From contig NZ_CP102577.1 in NCBI RefSeq assembly GCF_042231735.1, positions 2,783,281-2,847,280 of the forward strand: DNA of 64,000 nucleotides, read 5' to 3'. The translations under genes were made by a program, and so were the position numbers. This stretch comes from Corallococcus exercitus. Its GTDB lineage: Bacteria; Myxococcota; Myxococcia; Myxococcales; Myxococcaceae. Below, in pieces: positions 63,727 to 64,000 of the stretch. Position 1 is the first letter of the stretch, and each line of letters begins with the position of its first letter. A model generated the notes under the pieces. It searched no databases. It was not told where the DNA came from and was given only the letters and a program-made list of their open reading frames with translations.

Positions 63727-64000
63727 AATGCGGAAGAATCCGTCTTGGCTGGCCCTGGGCCTGCTCGCGTTCGCGCCGACCGCGTACGCGGAGCGTGCCT
63801 GGTACGAAAAGCCGCAACCCGACGTCGCTGCGCCGTCCGCGTCGTTGCGCAAGTCCGTCGTTCAGGACATCACGGACGACCTGCCCCACCGTCTGGGTGA
63901 GCAGCAGAAGGAGCTGAAGGCGCAGGCCCTGCGGGAGCGGCTGGAGGGCAGCGGCCAGGCCGGCCGCGTGCACAAGCTGGCGAACGGCAAGTTCGTGGAG
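63727..64000 (+). CDS. secreted protein, 3'-partial (it runs off the window end)
   Basis: ATG at 63727 followed by a signal peptide (MRKNPSWLALGLLAFAPTAYA). The frame is open to the end of the window. It is missing from the ORF track because no stop lies within the window. Confidence 0.5.

Noticed and set aside
1-64000. CRISPR arrays, IS elements, integrases and rRNA
   Set aside because: I scanned the intergenic regions for regularly spaced direct repeats and the ORFs for transposase or integrase motifs (DDE, Tyr-recombinase R..H..Y). None were found. The only tandem repeats are in-frame coding repeats in the kinase linker.

Overview
This is a 64-kb stretch of a roughly 70% GC chromosome, with codon usage and gene content that look myxobacterial (Myxococcus/Corallococcus-like). 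Reading by eye I can support about 50 protein-coding genes. I found no rRNA, convincing tRNA, CRISPR array, transposase or integrase. Most of the long ORFs on the opposite strand to a recognisable gene are frame artefacts of high-GC DNA (R/G/A/P-rich). The ORF track appears to accept GTG/TTG starts and print them as M, so hand-counted start coordinates may be off by 1 nt.

Genes in order:
- two tandem DUF4139/MuiA-like paralogs;
- housekeeping enzymes (alpha/beta hydrolase, FAD monooxygenase, MBL hydrolase, an Old Yellow Enzyme-type flavin oxidoreductase co-operonic with peptide deformylase);
- a short low-GC island holding a lipoprotein with a PD-(D/E)xK-like motif and a downstream partner, which I read as a putative toxin/immunity cassette;
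- a lipid-metabolism neighbourhood with three different membrane desaturases, a MaoC dehydratase, a B12-binding radical-SAM enzyme, and 2-oxoacid dehydrogenase E1 alpha/beta without an E2;
- a menA-adjacent operon encoding a penta-heme cytochrome c lipoprotein, a Pro-rich lipoprotein and a triheme cytochrome c;
- a lytic transglycosylase, an M28 peptidase, a DUF47-PiT phosphate transporter pair, and a 1430-aa cyclase-AAA-TPR protein;
- phosphoenolpyruvate carboxylase and several Cys-rich or secreted lipoproteins.

The most interesting region is 41.4-53.7 kb, all on the minus strand. It holds two adjacent operons that together carry every element of a partner-switching signalling system, in an unusual arrangement. 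The first encodes a HAMP-containing membrane PP2C (RsbU/SpoIIE-like) phosphatase, a periplasmic TPR protein and a PhnD-like binding protein. The second encodes a TonB-dependent receptor with a ~200-aa disordered N-terminal extension, a GHKL ATPase of RsbW type, and a 1112-aa membrane Ser/Thr kinase. That kinase has an N-terminal STAS (anti-sigma-antagonist) domain followed by two zinc-ribbon repeats. I have not seen this STAS-STPK fusion and operon combination described, and it is the best candidate here for an undescribed system.
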